Below are positions 31,801 through 41,432 of a stretch of DNA of 64,000 nucleotides, in pieces; within the stretch, counting starts at the first letter, position 1, and every line of letters begins with the position of its first letter. Source of the DNA: Tetramitus jugosus. Its lineage: Eukaryota; Protista; Heterolobosea. Both the position numbers and the translations under genes were made by a program. The notes under the pieces are model-generated. The model saw only the letters and a program-made list of their open reading frames with translations, searched no databases and was not told the DNA's origin. The DNA lies in NCBI GenBank assembly GCA_937625935.1, contig OW569378.1:393454-457453 (forward strand). Reading direction: 5' to 3'.

Positions 31801-34126
31801 ATTTTTGCAGAATATAATCACACCACATATCCTTTTGTAGCTGTGATGTACAAAGCAAATATTTCGTATATCCGTCCTTTTGTGTTTTGGTATACAACAT
31901 TTTTAAGCATAATTCCTTTTCTTCACTGAGTAGTGTAATGCCAGGAGCTGTTGGTGATGGGATCAAGTTGACAAGCATGGGCAACTTGGATTTTCCGTTA
32001 TCGATACCCAATCGAATGGACTCAACAGGAGAGAGTGCCCTCCGAGAAGCAAAAATGTACACAACTTCATCAAGTGCAACAAACCATCGCTTTCTCCAAT
32101 AGGCAGGAATATCATCCGATGTCTCAGAAAGCTCCAAAATATAATCCTCAAGAGGCATGAACATCATTGTTGGCTCACTTAACTTCTTGTTTCTTCGGAC
32201 AGCCTCCATCGATAGAATAAACTCTCGTTGAAGAGTCGACACCCACAGTTCTCTGTCATCCGGAGAGCTACATGCCACATATAGTACATATAATTGATTA
32301 TGCATAGTAATCATAATCTCAAAGCATTGCTCATCAGAAAACTTTTCATTTCTGAGCAGCTTGACCTCCTTGGCAGTACAGAATGAACCATCGAGCAAAT
32401 TAATCTTGAGAAGATTGGTGTTCGAAAGAGATGTTGATGAAGAGTCTGATGGTTTCTGAGCCCGAACATTTGCTTCCTTTGTTGATATGTACAACATTTG
32501 AGAGTTGTCATGGCGACACATGAGTCCCATAAACACTTGAACCCATTTGTTGTTCGATTGAACAGGATCTAATATATTGACCCAGCTTCCAAGCGTAATT
32601 GCATTCGAGTCAGAACCATTGGTGGGACTAGATACTTGCGGAGAAGGTGTGTTAGAGAGACCGTCTCTCTTTGTCAAGTTGGCTTGAAGAGTATTCAAAG
32701 GTACTCGCTTCCTACCACCCTGATCCTCTGGAACATCAAAAACAGATTTCATATCTGATGGTTGCAAACTCTTCAACTCTGGAGTCTTTGTTGCACCGTT
32801 GAACCATTCATCCGATGTCAACAATGGCTTATTAGACAAGATTGGTTGATAAATATCTTCTTGGAAGAGTGCTTCTCCTGTGGCTTGCTTTCTAGGTATG
32901 AATATCGAACATGTTTGAACAACATCCTTATTCAATACCATAAATCTTGCAATTTCATTCTTTCTCACATCGCAGAGTGTTTTCGGTAACATATTCAATC
33001 CTGTCATTGTTGTCTTCGTGTCAGTATAATCATTCATGGCGTGCAAATATGGTGATTCGAAGGTATCAACCTCAAACACTCGGATCCTATTGTCTCCTCT
33101 TCCTGCCAAATAAATCAAGCTTGATCCCTCATCGACAAACGGAATGAGTTGAGTGCTGCTCGTTGTGTCGTCAGTGATGGTCTTCGTAGTCAAACTTCCT
33201 CGTTTCATTCCCTTACGCAAATCCCAAAGTGCATACTGACGCTGACCAGACGCGTTGAAACCCACTGTGAAAAATAGATCGGTAGAGCCCAACCACACAC
33301 TTCTGAATCCCTTTTTACCCTCGTGAGCTTGTCCCTGAACGAACGCTACTCGGCTCTTATCTCTCGGATCAAATATACGAACCATGGTATCACGACAACT
33401 CGTTAACAATGTATCGCCACCCCTCATATTCCAATCCATACTCGTCACCATGGAGTCATCAAACGACTCTTTTGGTAGTGTGATACGACTCGTCTGTTGT
33501 TTCAAATCCCAAATTCGAACAGTGTTATCAAACGATGCACTCACTACGGTCTCTGCTGCAAATTTGTGAAAATGAACGAGATGAGTCTTCTTTGTGTGCT
33601 CCGATAGCGTATGAATACTCACATCTTCACTATTGACCGCACTGCTATTCACAATAGGAATACAGTGAATCTGAGGATTGACCTTTCGCGTTGCTTCCTC
33701 CAAACTAGGCATCTCAACCTTCCAAATCTTCACAGATCCATCTGCACAAGCAGAAGCCAACATTTCTTGATCATTGTAGCGCGAATTGTACAAATGATTG
33801 AAAGCAATATCATGAATGAGTCCCGTGTGACCCGTGAGCAAAGGCGGAGAAGCATTTGCTTTTCTGGCTTGAATGTTATCGGGTATTCCAGAGTGACGAA
33901 TCACAGTGATACCACAGTTGGTGGCCCACGGAAGAGCAAAGCAATTTTCAGTAGTACAAATACCATAGCTCTCAGCACTGATACTAGACTTGTGAATATT
34001 AAGATTTGTAAAGTGTAGTTCTCTCTTGCATGACTCACCAAACAAGTTTTTAAAGGTTGAGAACCTTTGACCGGTGAATTTGGAGCCAATATTGGACCCG
34101 AAGGAACTCTCTCTTCTGTGATGCAT
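28826..34126 (-). CDS. Villidin-like protein: coronin WD40, PH domains, two RRMs, gelsolin repeats and villin headpiece
   Basis: Coronin motifs (FKNLFGE, LAGRGDNRIR, FQEDIY); PH motifs (WRKRWFV); gelsolin repeats (SGDVFVLD, GQFFSGDSF); headpiece (YLSDLEF..VF.M....F.KLPKWKQ...K....LF). ATG taken at 34126. Confidence 0.9.
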   Translation of the reverse strand: MHHRRESSFGSNIGSKFTGQRFSTFKNLFGESCKRELHFTNLNIHKSSISAESYGICTTENCFALPWATNCGITVIRHSGIPDNIQARKANASPPLLTGHTGLIHDIAFNHLYNSRYNDQEMLASACADGSVKIWKVEMPSLEEATRKVNPQIHCIPIVNSSAVNSEDVSIHTLSEHTKKTHLVHFHKFAAETVVSASFDNTVRIWDLKQQTSRITLPKESFDDSMVTSMDWNMRGGDTLLTSCRDTMVRIFDPRDKSRVAFVQGQAHEGKKGFRSVWLGSTDLFFTVGFNASGQRQYALWDLRKGMKRGSLTTKTITDDTTSSTQLIPFVDEGSSLIYLAGRGDNRIRVFEVDTFESPYLHAMNDYTDTKTTMTGLNMLPKTLCDVRKNEIARFMVLNKDVVQTCSIFIPRKQATGEALFQEDIYQPILSNKPLLTSDEWFNGATKTPELKSLQPSDMKSVFDVPEDQGGRKRVPLNTLQANLTKRDGLSNTPSPQVSSPTNGSDSNAITLGSWVNILDPVQSNNKWVQVFMGLMCRHDNSQMLYISTKEANVRAQKPSDSSSTSLSNTNLLKINLLDGSFCTAKEVKLLRNEKFSDEQCFEIMITMHNQLYVLYVACSSPDDRELWVSTLQREFILSMEAVRRNKKLSEPTMMFMPLEDYILELSETSDDIPAYWRKRWFVALDEVVYIFASRRALSPVESIRLGIDNGKSKLPMLVNLIPSPTAPGITLLSEEKELCLKMLYTKTQKDGYTKYLLCTSQLQKDMWCDYILQKCGLAAAHSVEADSEEALLESMGLADPSEKRKSLSRSKSIDGSGSVEEDPGQIDIYPISENLTADDIGSTFQVFGVIDKIDLQRTGKFKDHAFITYKKMSAAEQALCLDMMNLDGHEISVTLVSQTAAKERSSEPGYLKIESVSHKVSNKDFLDLFLMFGEVELLKLWMNENNNSQTGYIKFATRESAEGAQWMSGSKLYGEAVVVKLLSGSDVPKNQAQEDALFSNQVDPTKVKQNQQKVLLQIKGKKRIRSRLVPIEFESINSGDVFVLDCGKVIYQWNGAKASKFKKARGLDVSTNLRVKERGGNAKVFIIDEKDDENTPEKQEFWSLILQKQLKIVDKKQPLPPPNMTVRSAEQGGDDLEFEQWIDSKTKLYRISYILEKEQQKLSLQATDLLSNKTGADVKGRIQVKMIHEGSQPSKALFKSEYVYLLDCFSELFIWEGKGSLQEQRQFAKKFAMKMEQGERRPTWTSTTKVIENGEPVIFKEKLSDYGGVLPIAVSSEAYQEKMGKNNVSQRAVQQVIDPISMMRLEPPNDPMFGNPSPETNVTTVWRVEGFEKTPYPNSLYGQFFSGDSFVIMTSYKTSNKDNYLVYFWQGRDSSINEKGASALLTIDVSSEFESAPQLRITQQHETKHFLALFKNQLVIHNGKYANYVNRLKQNPIRMFDVRLSSEYRDLRNAKLRAIETYEVNKDQLNQNHVSVIISSDQKNAFIWKGKFSHPTEHSAATDLIKKIVDRAPSIKTVNQGEETDEFYKLMNINAIDRIALKRQNKAIMDEQGVRQLKRLYIFNGATGAVVVDRVYNMAQEDLDNSNVMMLDVDNEIFLWIGTTSMHFVQKMAMEVAAKYAQCKSGLKDEPDRPKDIEKRMFIVRPCEEPAQFTTHFQSWGPYRDRLMKEIQEQVNRSADSSDNKGKKSTPKLELLSDKLQELARTTFSYDELLRDPLPKGVDPTILETYLSDLEFRIVFEMTREAFAKLPKWKQDKQKQSVYLF

Positions 34127-34549
34127 CTGATGGAGCTGAGTGTCTGTGGGTTTTTGTCGGCAGGAGAAGCAAAGTGTGATCTTTTTTTGATGTTTCTTGA
34201 CTTGTCGCCAGCTCGGCGAGAATCTTCGTCCAGGCTTTTTTGACGCGTGACATGAATTTACTCCGGTAGAACGGTGAATATCCTTTGCTTTTACTTCAAA
34301 TTTATCATGGAAGCTTCTGGTGTGTCCATCTATTTTTTGAGAGAGAGTTCCAACAGGCTTCCTCACAAGCAAGTTCAAGACTTTGGATAGACTTTGCAGG
34401 AGAACATTGGAATCAAGTTGTTCGCTGGCGGTTTTCTTTTTATTGCGTCGGGGCTAGAGCGCATTCGAAAATTCGAAATCGAATTTGTGCGCACTGGACC
34501 AAAAAGTTTTGTGGCGCAAACAAAAAACGACACACCCACAGCAGCTCAC

Positions 34550-36697
34550 ATGAACACGCCAACTACTCATCAACTGCACCACTATAGTGGTGGCAACAAT
34601 AGCAGCAGCATGTTCCACGAATATGATCAAAGTGATGATCTCTTCAACGACTCTTACCATCACGATGGCAACAATGACAACCATCAATCCTCTCAACAAC
34701 AACAACAACAACAGCAACAACAAAAGCAAAAGAGAAGAAGACCAGTGTTCGTAAGCAGAGCTTGCACCAATTGTAGAAAAGCTCACACAAAGTGCGACGA
34801 ACAAAAACCATGCTCGCGTTGTGTTCGATTAGGTCTCTCTGACACGTGTCATATGGCAGAGCTTCAAAAGAGAGGAAGAAAACGAAAGACTGAACAGCAA
34901 CAAGACTCTGATGAGATTGTTTCAAATGAGAGACAAGTAAACAAACAAGTGCAGCATCAACATTATCAACAAGGTGCAGAAGAGAGTCATCAAAAGAGAG
35001 TGAGACATGATGAGTTTGGTAAGGAGATTATGGGCGCTGCCACTCAGTCCTTGCTCAATTTTGAGCAAAATCCATTTGATTTCGATGTTTTGATGGGTAA
35101 TCACTATCAACACCAACAACACCAACAACATCAGCAACAACCACAAGCACAATATCAACAACAACCGATTGCAACAACAGCAGCAACCATGAATAACAAC
35201 AACAATATGAGTGCCATGTTACCACAACAACAACAACAAATGATGTTTCAACCACGACCAGTATCTGCTGTCAATGACCAATCCTTGTCCTCGGTTGCTT
35301 CATTGGATCATTCTCCATTGAATCAACATCTTCACAACAACAACAACAACAGTAACAATAATATTATTGCTCATGCAACAATGATGAATAACAATCATGG
35401 TAATAACAGTGATGATGATGCAGATGAATTGTTGGAACCGTTTGTGATTGATGACTTTTTCCCTCTGGGTCAAAACGGTCACATCACCACAACTGCTACT
35501 CCAACTGGTCCTACGACTGCACAACATCATCAACAACAACAACAACAATCAATGGACCCTACCAACAATAACAATAACTCTCCAACAACGAATCATGTCT
35601 ATGACCACAATTATGCCAATTTTTTGCTGTCTGCCAATTTACCCAATTTGGCTGCACTCTGCCCTAGTGCGGCCGCTGTTGCAGCACCTGTGATTTGTGA
35701 TCAGTTGAGACATCAAGCCCTTGTACAACAACACCAGCAGCAACAACAGCAACAACAAACTCATATCATTCAGCAACAAGCTGTTCAATTGGCTCAACAA
35801 CAACAGTTGTTGCATTTATTGGCACAAAAAGTGTCACAATCACCTGTGATGGATGTGAGTACAAGCAGTAGTGGTAGTAATAGTGGTCTTTTGGCTCCAC
35901 AACAGCAACAACTACCACAAGCTATGCATCAACAACAGCAGCAACAGCAGAATATGTCCATGAGTCACTTGTTGACAACACCAGTGTCTCCTGTTCATTC
36001 TCCATCGTACTTTGGTGCTAGTTCTCTAGATTTTGACTCATTGGAGCATCAATACTCGTCACCTACGACATCAACTAGTGATTATCGTAGCAGTGTCGAT
36101 GGTTCATCCAACAACACATCTTCTTCATCCCTCTCAGAAGAGGACAGTCTCAGAGAACAAGTCAGACGGTTGCAACTAGAGAATGAAAAGTTGAAGAACA
36201 TGATGGTCGTCAACAATCAACCTACTGCCACTGCCGTTGCGAATACAGCTCCTCAGCAGAGCACAGATTACCTAGAGTCCATTCCATCACACATCAAGAG
36301 CAAGACACGATTCGAAAATCAATACCTGAGATTCAATGAAGGTGAAGAAGAAGTCGGTCTGATCGTATCTGCTAGAGATGGAACCATTATTAGCATGAAT
36401 GAGGTCATGAGAGATCTATTAGGGTATTCTTCTGAGGAGATGCGCACTGTTGTGAACAATTGGGGACAGATTCTAGATAAAGACTTTTGGCCAAAGCAGC
36501 TTCAATGGGCTGAGAAGAACGTATTCAACATGGAAGAAAATGCCGAATTGTCCGATGTGGTCTTCCAGAAGAAGGGTGCCAGTGACCCTCCTAAAGAAAG
36601 TGATTTGATTCGACCTAAGGCCTTCCAGACTAGATTCTGCTATGATTGCACATCAAGAAGTCTTTTGTTCTCGATTACAAAGGTGTATCTAAAGTAG
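34550..36697 (+). CDS. Zn(II)2Cys6 binuclear-cluster transcription factor with C-terminal PAS domain
   Basis: ACTNCRKAHTKCDEQKPCSRCVRLGLSDTC; poly-Q activation-like region; DGTIISMNEVMRDLLGYSSEEM PAS motif. Confidence 0.88.
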   Translation: MNTPTTHQLHHYSGGNNSSSMFHEYDQSDDLFNDSYHHDGNNDNHQSSQQQQQQQQQQKQKRRRPVFVSRACTNCRKAHTKCDEQKPCSRCVRLGLSDTCHMAELQKRGRKRKTEQQQDSDEIVSNERQVNKQVQHQHYQQGAEESHQKRVRHDEFGKEIMGAATQSLLNFEQNPFDFDVLMGNHYQHQQHQQHQQQPQAQYQQQPIATTAATMNNNNNMSAMLPQQQQQMMFQPRPVSAVNDQSLSSVASLDHSPLNQHLHNNNNNSNNNIIAHATMMNNNHGNNSDDDADELLEPFVIDDFFPLGQNGHITTTATPTGPTTAQHHQQQQQQSMDPTNNNNNSPTTNHVYDHNYANFLLSANLPNLAALCPSAAAVAAPVICDQLRHQALVQQHQQQQQQQQTHIIQQQAVQLAQQQQLLHLLAQKVSQSPVMDVSTSSSGSNSGLLAPQQQQLPQAMHQQQQQQQNMSMSHLLTTPVSPVHSPSYFGASSLDFDSLEHQYSSPTTSTSDYRSSVDGSSNNTSSSSLSEEDSLREQVRRLQLENEKLKNMMVVNNQPTATAVANTAPQQSTDYLESIPSHIKSKTRFENQYLRFNEGEEEVGLIVSARDGTIISMNEVMRDLLGYSSEEMRTVVNNWGQILDKDFWPKQLQWAEKNVFNMEENAELSDVVFQKKGASDPPKESDLIRPKAFQTRFCYDCTSRSLLFSITKVYLK

Positions 36698-36756
36698 AGA
36701 AGGAGAATTTAACTTCTGTAATTTATAAATTTTCAATCTTTCGAATATATTATATA

Positions 36757-37929
36757 TTAGAAGATGTTCTTCCATTGATCTTGATTTGACTTTTCAACCT
36801 TTCTCAAGGATGATTTCTTTGTGAGAATCACTTCGAGAGCTGGTACCGCAGTGTTAGATGTGGTTGGTGTTGAAGGAGCAGACAGTGGCTTTTGCTCTTC
36901 CTTTGATTTCAACTTCTTGGCCTTGATGAGCTCATGCAAGCTGAGAGCAGGAGCAGTCGAGGTTGCATCCTCTTGTACTTGTTCATTGCTCTGATTATTG
37001 TTGTTCTCTTGTTGTGGTTTCTCATCTTGTGAAGTGACCACCTCTTGTTGAGTTTCTTGCTCCTTTGCAGCTGAAGCACCGGACAAGAATGAAGCCAGCA
37101 ACTCGTCTCTTGCTTCCACATATTCCTCAGCTGACATGAATCCCTGACTGTACATGTCCTTCAACTTGTAAATCTCTTCGACAATCTCTTCTGGTAAGTT
37201 CAATCCATTCAAATACTCTTCGTCATTGACCTCTTCGCCTTCTTCCTCAAACTCCAATACTTGATCATCTCCAAGTGCAATGATTTCACCTTCGTCGTCA
37301 TCGTTATCATTACCACTTTCTTCACCTTGTTCATTGTCCTTTGTTACTTGCACTTGCTGTGTCTGCTTTTCTTCTTGTTGTTGAGATTCTTCTGCATGGA
37401 TCGTTGGAGTAGCAGTGGTCAATTCGGATCCGGATGATGGTACAGCACTGACTTGTGTTGTTGTGTCATCTTCACTACTTTTCACAACCTCCTCTGGAAG
37501 AACAACAACGCCATCACATTTCTCCTCATCAGCAACAATGTTGGTTGTTGTTTCGATGACTTCATTTGAGTTTTGCTCCACAGCTACATCCTCTTTTGCA
37601 TCCTCACTAACACTTTCAACGGTACTGTTGGTAGTGACTTGAATTTCATTTTCAACAGCAATTGTTGTTGATGTTGCTTCATTGTGTTGTTCAACTGGTT
37701 GTTCTTCCTTGTCAGTATTGTTGGTAGTTGACAAGGATTCTTGTTGTTGTGGTTGACTGATCGTTGTTGTTGGTACAACTTCAGTGACTGCTGGTGAAGA
37801 AGAAGGTACTTGTGGTGGTTGTTCTTCCACACCAGTTTCTTTTGTCACAACGCTGGCTGGTGTCACAACAGGCGCGGCATTGGTTGATTTTGAAGGCGAT
37901 ACCTTCGGCTTTGCAGGTTGATTTCCCAT
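36757..37929 (-). CDS. Acidic low-complexity protein with N-terminal MG, SHOCT-like helix pair and two WH2-like C-terminal motifs
   Basis: MGNQ N-terminus; EIYKLKDMYSQGFMSAEEYVEARDELL; LHELIKAKKLKS and LEVILTKKSSLRKVE. Confidence 0.6.
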   Translation of the reverse strand: MGNQPAKPKVSPSKSTNAAPVVTPASVVTKETGVEEQPPQVPSSSPAVTEVVPTTTISQPQQQESLSTTNNTDKEEQPVEQHNEATSTTIAVENEIQVTTNSTVESVSEDAKEDVAVEQNSNEVIETTTNIVADEEKCDGVVVLPEEVVKSSEDDTTTQVSAVPSSGSELTTATPTIHAEESQQQEEKQTQQVQVTKDNEQGEESGNDNDDDEGEIIALGDDQVLEFEEEGEEVNDEEYLNGLNLPEEIVEEIYKLKDMYSQGFMSAEEYVEARDELLASFLSGASAAKEQETQQEVVTSQDEKPQQENNNNQSNEQVQEDATSTAPALSLHELIKAKKLKSKEEQKPLSAPSTPTTSNTAVPALEVILTKKSSLRKVEKSNQDQWKNIF

Positions 37930-38110
37930 GTGGGACTATATGAGAATTCTCTAAAAAGGTGTGTTCTTTTGTGTTTGTTGTTGTGGATAGGGAGAGAGTT
38001 ATCTCACGGCCGTTGGTAGTTAGTCCAAGGTGCCCAAGTTGTCAACTTTCCGACATCCACGGAGAAACACGAAAATTTTTCGCGCTGGAGGGAAAATTAC
38101 ACAGAAGAAA

Positions 38111-39535
38111 ATGGTCACGTGTCTTTGTTGTTCTTGTTCGAGATCAACAATCCTTTTCGTTTCTCTCTTCCTTCTCCTATCTTCTCTCCTCTTATTTCTC
38201 ACTCTAAACTACAGTAATTCACCTGTTTTTATCCTCAATCGTCCATCTCCTTTACCCTTGAGTTTACAATGCCGTCAATTCAAGATTCATGACAAGGATA
38301 CTGCTGGTACGGCTCAATCGACGTTGATCCACATTTATGATCAAGCCATTTTTTCCAAGCAAAAAGCAATTGATCAACTGCATACTTACAATGAAACGAA
38401 TCTGAGCACTGTTCCGAACGCGTGGTTCCATTGTCAACTACTGTGGTTCCACTATGTTGGTCAGTTGCATCACGGGAAGAAGAATGGAGTTGGTTACTTA
38501 CTAACGAGTTATCTTCAGTTTCGAGGTGAATGGAAAGACAATGAGAGAAACGGTGCAGGTGAATTGATTATTTTTGAGAATATTTTGGAGTACATGAGTG
38601 TCATGAGAGGAAATTGGAGTAGAGATCAATTGAATGATAAGAATGCATTTTTGGCTCAATTGTATGCCCCAATGAATGCAAAGCTCTATTATCAAAACAG
38701 AGTCAAATCGATTGTACCGCGTTTTCTTTCAAAGATTTTGTCGAGCGATAGCGAACAGGCTGGATCGAATGAGAACAGTTTGTTCAATATTGGGTGGTAT
38801 TGGACAGAGTATCATGGAAATGTGAGGAGCTATTTGGCTCATGGTATTGGCAATGTTTACTTTAAGCGAACGGCTGATGTTCGGAATGTCACGAGTGATA
38901 GTGATGGTGCTTTTTCGTCATCTTTTCTGAATAATAGTCAAACTCTATTCTCAATTAAGAATGGCAAGTTTGAAAATGGAATCTTGTCTATTGCTAGGTC
39001 AAGAAACACAAAGTCACAAGATCAAACTTTAACGACTATTGTTCTGAATCAGTTCGAAAATACTTCATTTGTGATTGGAGAGTACCAGGATGAGTGGACA
39101 ACAGGAAATATGGGTCACACTGGCAGAGCAACGCTATTGATGGATGAAATTGCCAATTTGGCAAAGTTTTGTGCTCCTTTCCTAGGACAGTCAGCACTTA
39201 ACGAAACCGAAGCACGTCCATTCCTGTCTTGGGCTCAGGACAAACGAATACCTGCTCAACAACTATCTTGGGATGGCAGGAGAGTGAGTGCCATTGCTAA
39301 TTCAACTGATTTGCTGTCAGCAACCAAGCCAACTTCCGAAGAAAACCAACATTCAACTGTCGACAACTCTCTGATTACAAAATTGATTGACAATTGTGTG
39401 GATAGTGTGGCCAAAGAGCTACAAAACGCCCTCAACGTACTCAAAAGAATGGAGTTGTATTGGCTCACAGCACAACTTCGAGTGTCACGTGAGGACCTAT
39501 CCTTGAGCAAGAAACAATCGAAGAAAACAAAGTAG
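38111..39535 (+). CDS. MORN-repeat protein with N-terminal signal anchor
   Basis: YVGQLHHGKKNGVG, FRGEWKDNERNGAG, MRGNWSRDQLN, YHGNV....AHGIG; hydrophobic N-terminus. Confidence 0.75.
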   Translation: MVTCLCCSCSRSTILFVSLFLLLSSLLLFLTLNYSNSPVFILNRPSPLPLSLQCRQFKIHDKDTAGTAQSTLIHIYDQAIFSKQKAIDQLHTYNETNLSTVPNAWFHCQLLWFHYVGQLHHGKKNGVGYLLTSYLQFRGEWKDNERNGAGELIIFENILEYMSVMRGNWSRDQLNDKNAFLAQLYAPMNAKLYYQNRVKSIVPRFLSKILSSDSEQAGSNENSLFNIGWYWTEYHGNVRSYLAHGIGNVYFKRTADVRNVTSDSDGAFSSSFLNNSQTLFSIKNGKFENGILSIARSRNTKSQDQTLTTIVLNQFENTSFVIGEYQDEWTTGNMGHTGRATLLMDEIANLAKFCAPFLGQSALNETEARPFLSWAQDKRIPAQQLSWDGRRVSAIANSTDLLSATKPTSEENQHSTVDNSLITKLIDNCVDSVAKELQNALNVLKRMELYWLTAQLRVSREDLSLSKKQSKKTK

Positions 39536-39793
39536 TACACTAGTGATCATTTACAGAGTAAAATAACAACAACCCCAAACAATAGTTCACCCCAACCACC
39601 GAAGGAGAAACAAGTTGTAGTCCACAACCCCTCGAACTGGAAAGTGGCCACTCCGAACTGGCTGCACAATCTTTTCACACGCTCCCATTTTTTCCATGTT
39701 GGGGTTCAAAATTCTGAAAAAACACGACTCAAAAACCAACACACTTGCGCAACCGGCGAATCATCATCACCAAAGAATTTTTGTTCAACAACC

Positions 39794-41290
39794 ATGGATG
39801 CCAAGAACTCCACCATCAATCAAGCTGATGAGCAAGTTGTTTACAGCGAAGTAGTACACTCTGACAACACACCAAAAGACCCATTTGGTCTCGTTTACTT
39901 TATTATGGTTCTTCAGGGAGCAGGAACATTGTTTCCATGGAATGCTTTCATCAGTGCACCTGATTATTTCAATACCATGTATGGTGAGAGTACATTGCTT
40001 TATTTAGCAACAATTTATTCGATATCCAATTTGATGGGTCTCCTTTTGATGGTCTGGTTTGGCTCAAAGCTCTCCCTGTTTCGTATGTGTCATGCCTGTC
40101 TTTATAGACTGTGTTATGTGTGATTTTGCGCAAACCGCACAAAAGCTATTTGGTGTTTTTTTGTGTTTCACACGCATTTCATTTTCGCGCGTTTTTTTGA
40201 CTTGAGCTTTGCTATTGACAAAATTTCTCTTCTACATTTCGCATGTGATCTGTATTGAAAATGATGATACACAGTCAAGGTCATTCCTGCCTACCTCGTT
40301 TTCATTGTCGTGCTCGTTCTCATTCCAGTTCTCGGTTTCTGTAAAGTGAGTGGCGTTGCTGGCTTCTCTATTACAATGGTTCTCGTGTTTTGCACTGCCA
40401 TCTTTACATCTATTCTACAGGGTGGTATTTTCGGATTTGCTGGTATGCTTCCTCCAATTTATATTCAAGCTGTCATGTTGGGCAACGGTTTTGCTGGTAT
40501 TACGACATCAGTGATTCGTGTGGTAACAAAGGTGACTATTGAAAGCAAGAAACCAGTGACATTGAAGCAATTGAATCTCTCTGCAGCCATTTACTTTTTT
40601 GTGAGTGCAGGTTTCATTGTCTTGTGCGTCATTTCTTATTTCATCATGAGCAGAACTCCATTTGTTCTCTCGTACATCCAGAAGCAACAACAAGCATCAT
40701 CATTGTCATCCGAGTCCAACGAGGAAGAATCACTCATTGAGAAGCGAGAGTCAACAGAGATTGCTACTGAGAAGCCTAGCGCATTCCAAGTCATGAAAAA
40801 GATTTGGCACATGTGTTTCTTGATCACATTTGTGTTCTTTGTCAGTTTGGCCATTTTCCCAGGTATCAGTGTGACGATTGAGAGCTATTACGGACCAACT
40901 TCTGTCATGGCAGACTGGTTGCCAGTGTTGATGATTGTCATGTTCAACGTGTTTGATTTCCTCGGAAGATTGTTCCCAAGATTTATCATCTTGTTTGGAG
41001 AGAAGTCTGTGACTGTTCCTATTTTGTTGCGTGTCGTCCTATTGCCATTGTTTATCATGTGCATTTATCCAAGAGTGATCTATCACGACGCAATTCCACT
41101 GGTATTCATGGGTATTCTGTCCTTGACCAACGGTTATTTGAGCAGTATTGTGATGATGACTGCACCTGGATTGGTCGATCCTCATGAGAGAGAAATGGCT
41201 GGAACCATCATGACAGTGTTCTTGCTGTTGGGTATCTGTCTTGGATCCAACTCTGCCATGTTGATTGGTAAGGTTGTTGGTCTGAGCTAA
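39794..41290 (+). CDS. Equilibrative nucleoside transporter (ENT/SLC29), two exons
   Basis: GAGTLFPWNAFISAPDYF, IFPGI, FNVFDFLGR, LTNGYLSS. Intron 40083-40274 (GTATGT...ACAG) is in frame. Confidence 0.92.
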
Positions 41291-41432
41291 AAAACTTGCA
41301 GAAGGTACCGCAGCCAATAAATAAATGCTCTTTCGCCATCAAAAAAATGGAAATTTTCTTTCGCGCAAAAAACAAACCAAAGACAATCATCTCCAGTGTC
41401 TTGTTGCTGTGATTAAAAAGTTGAAATTCGCG

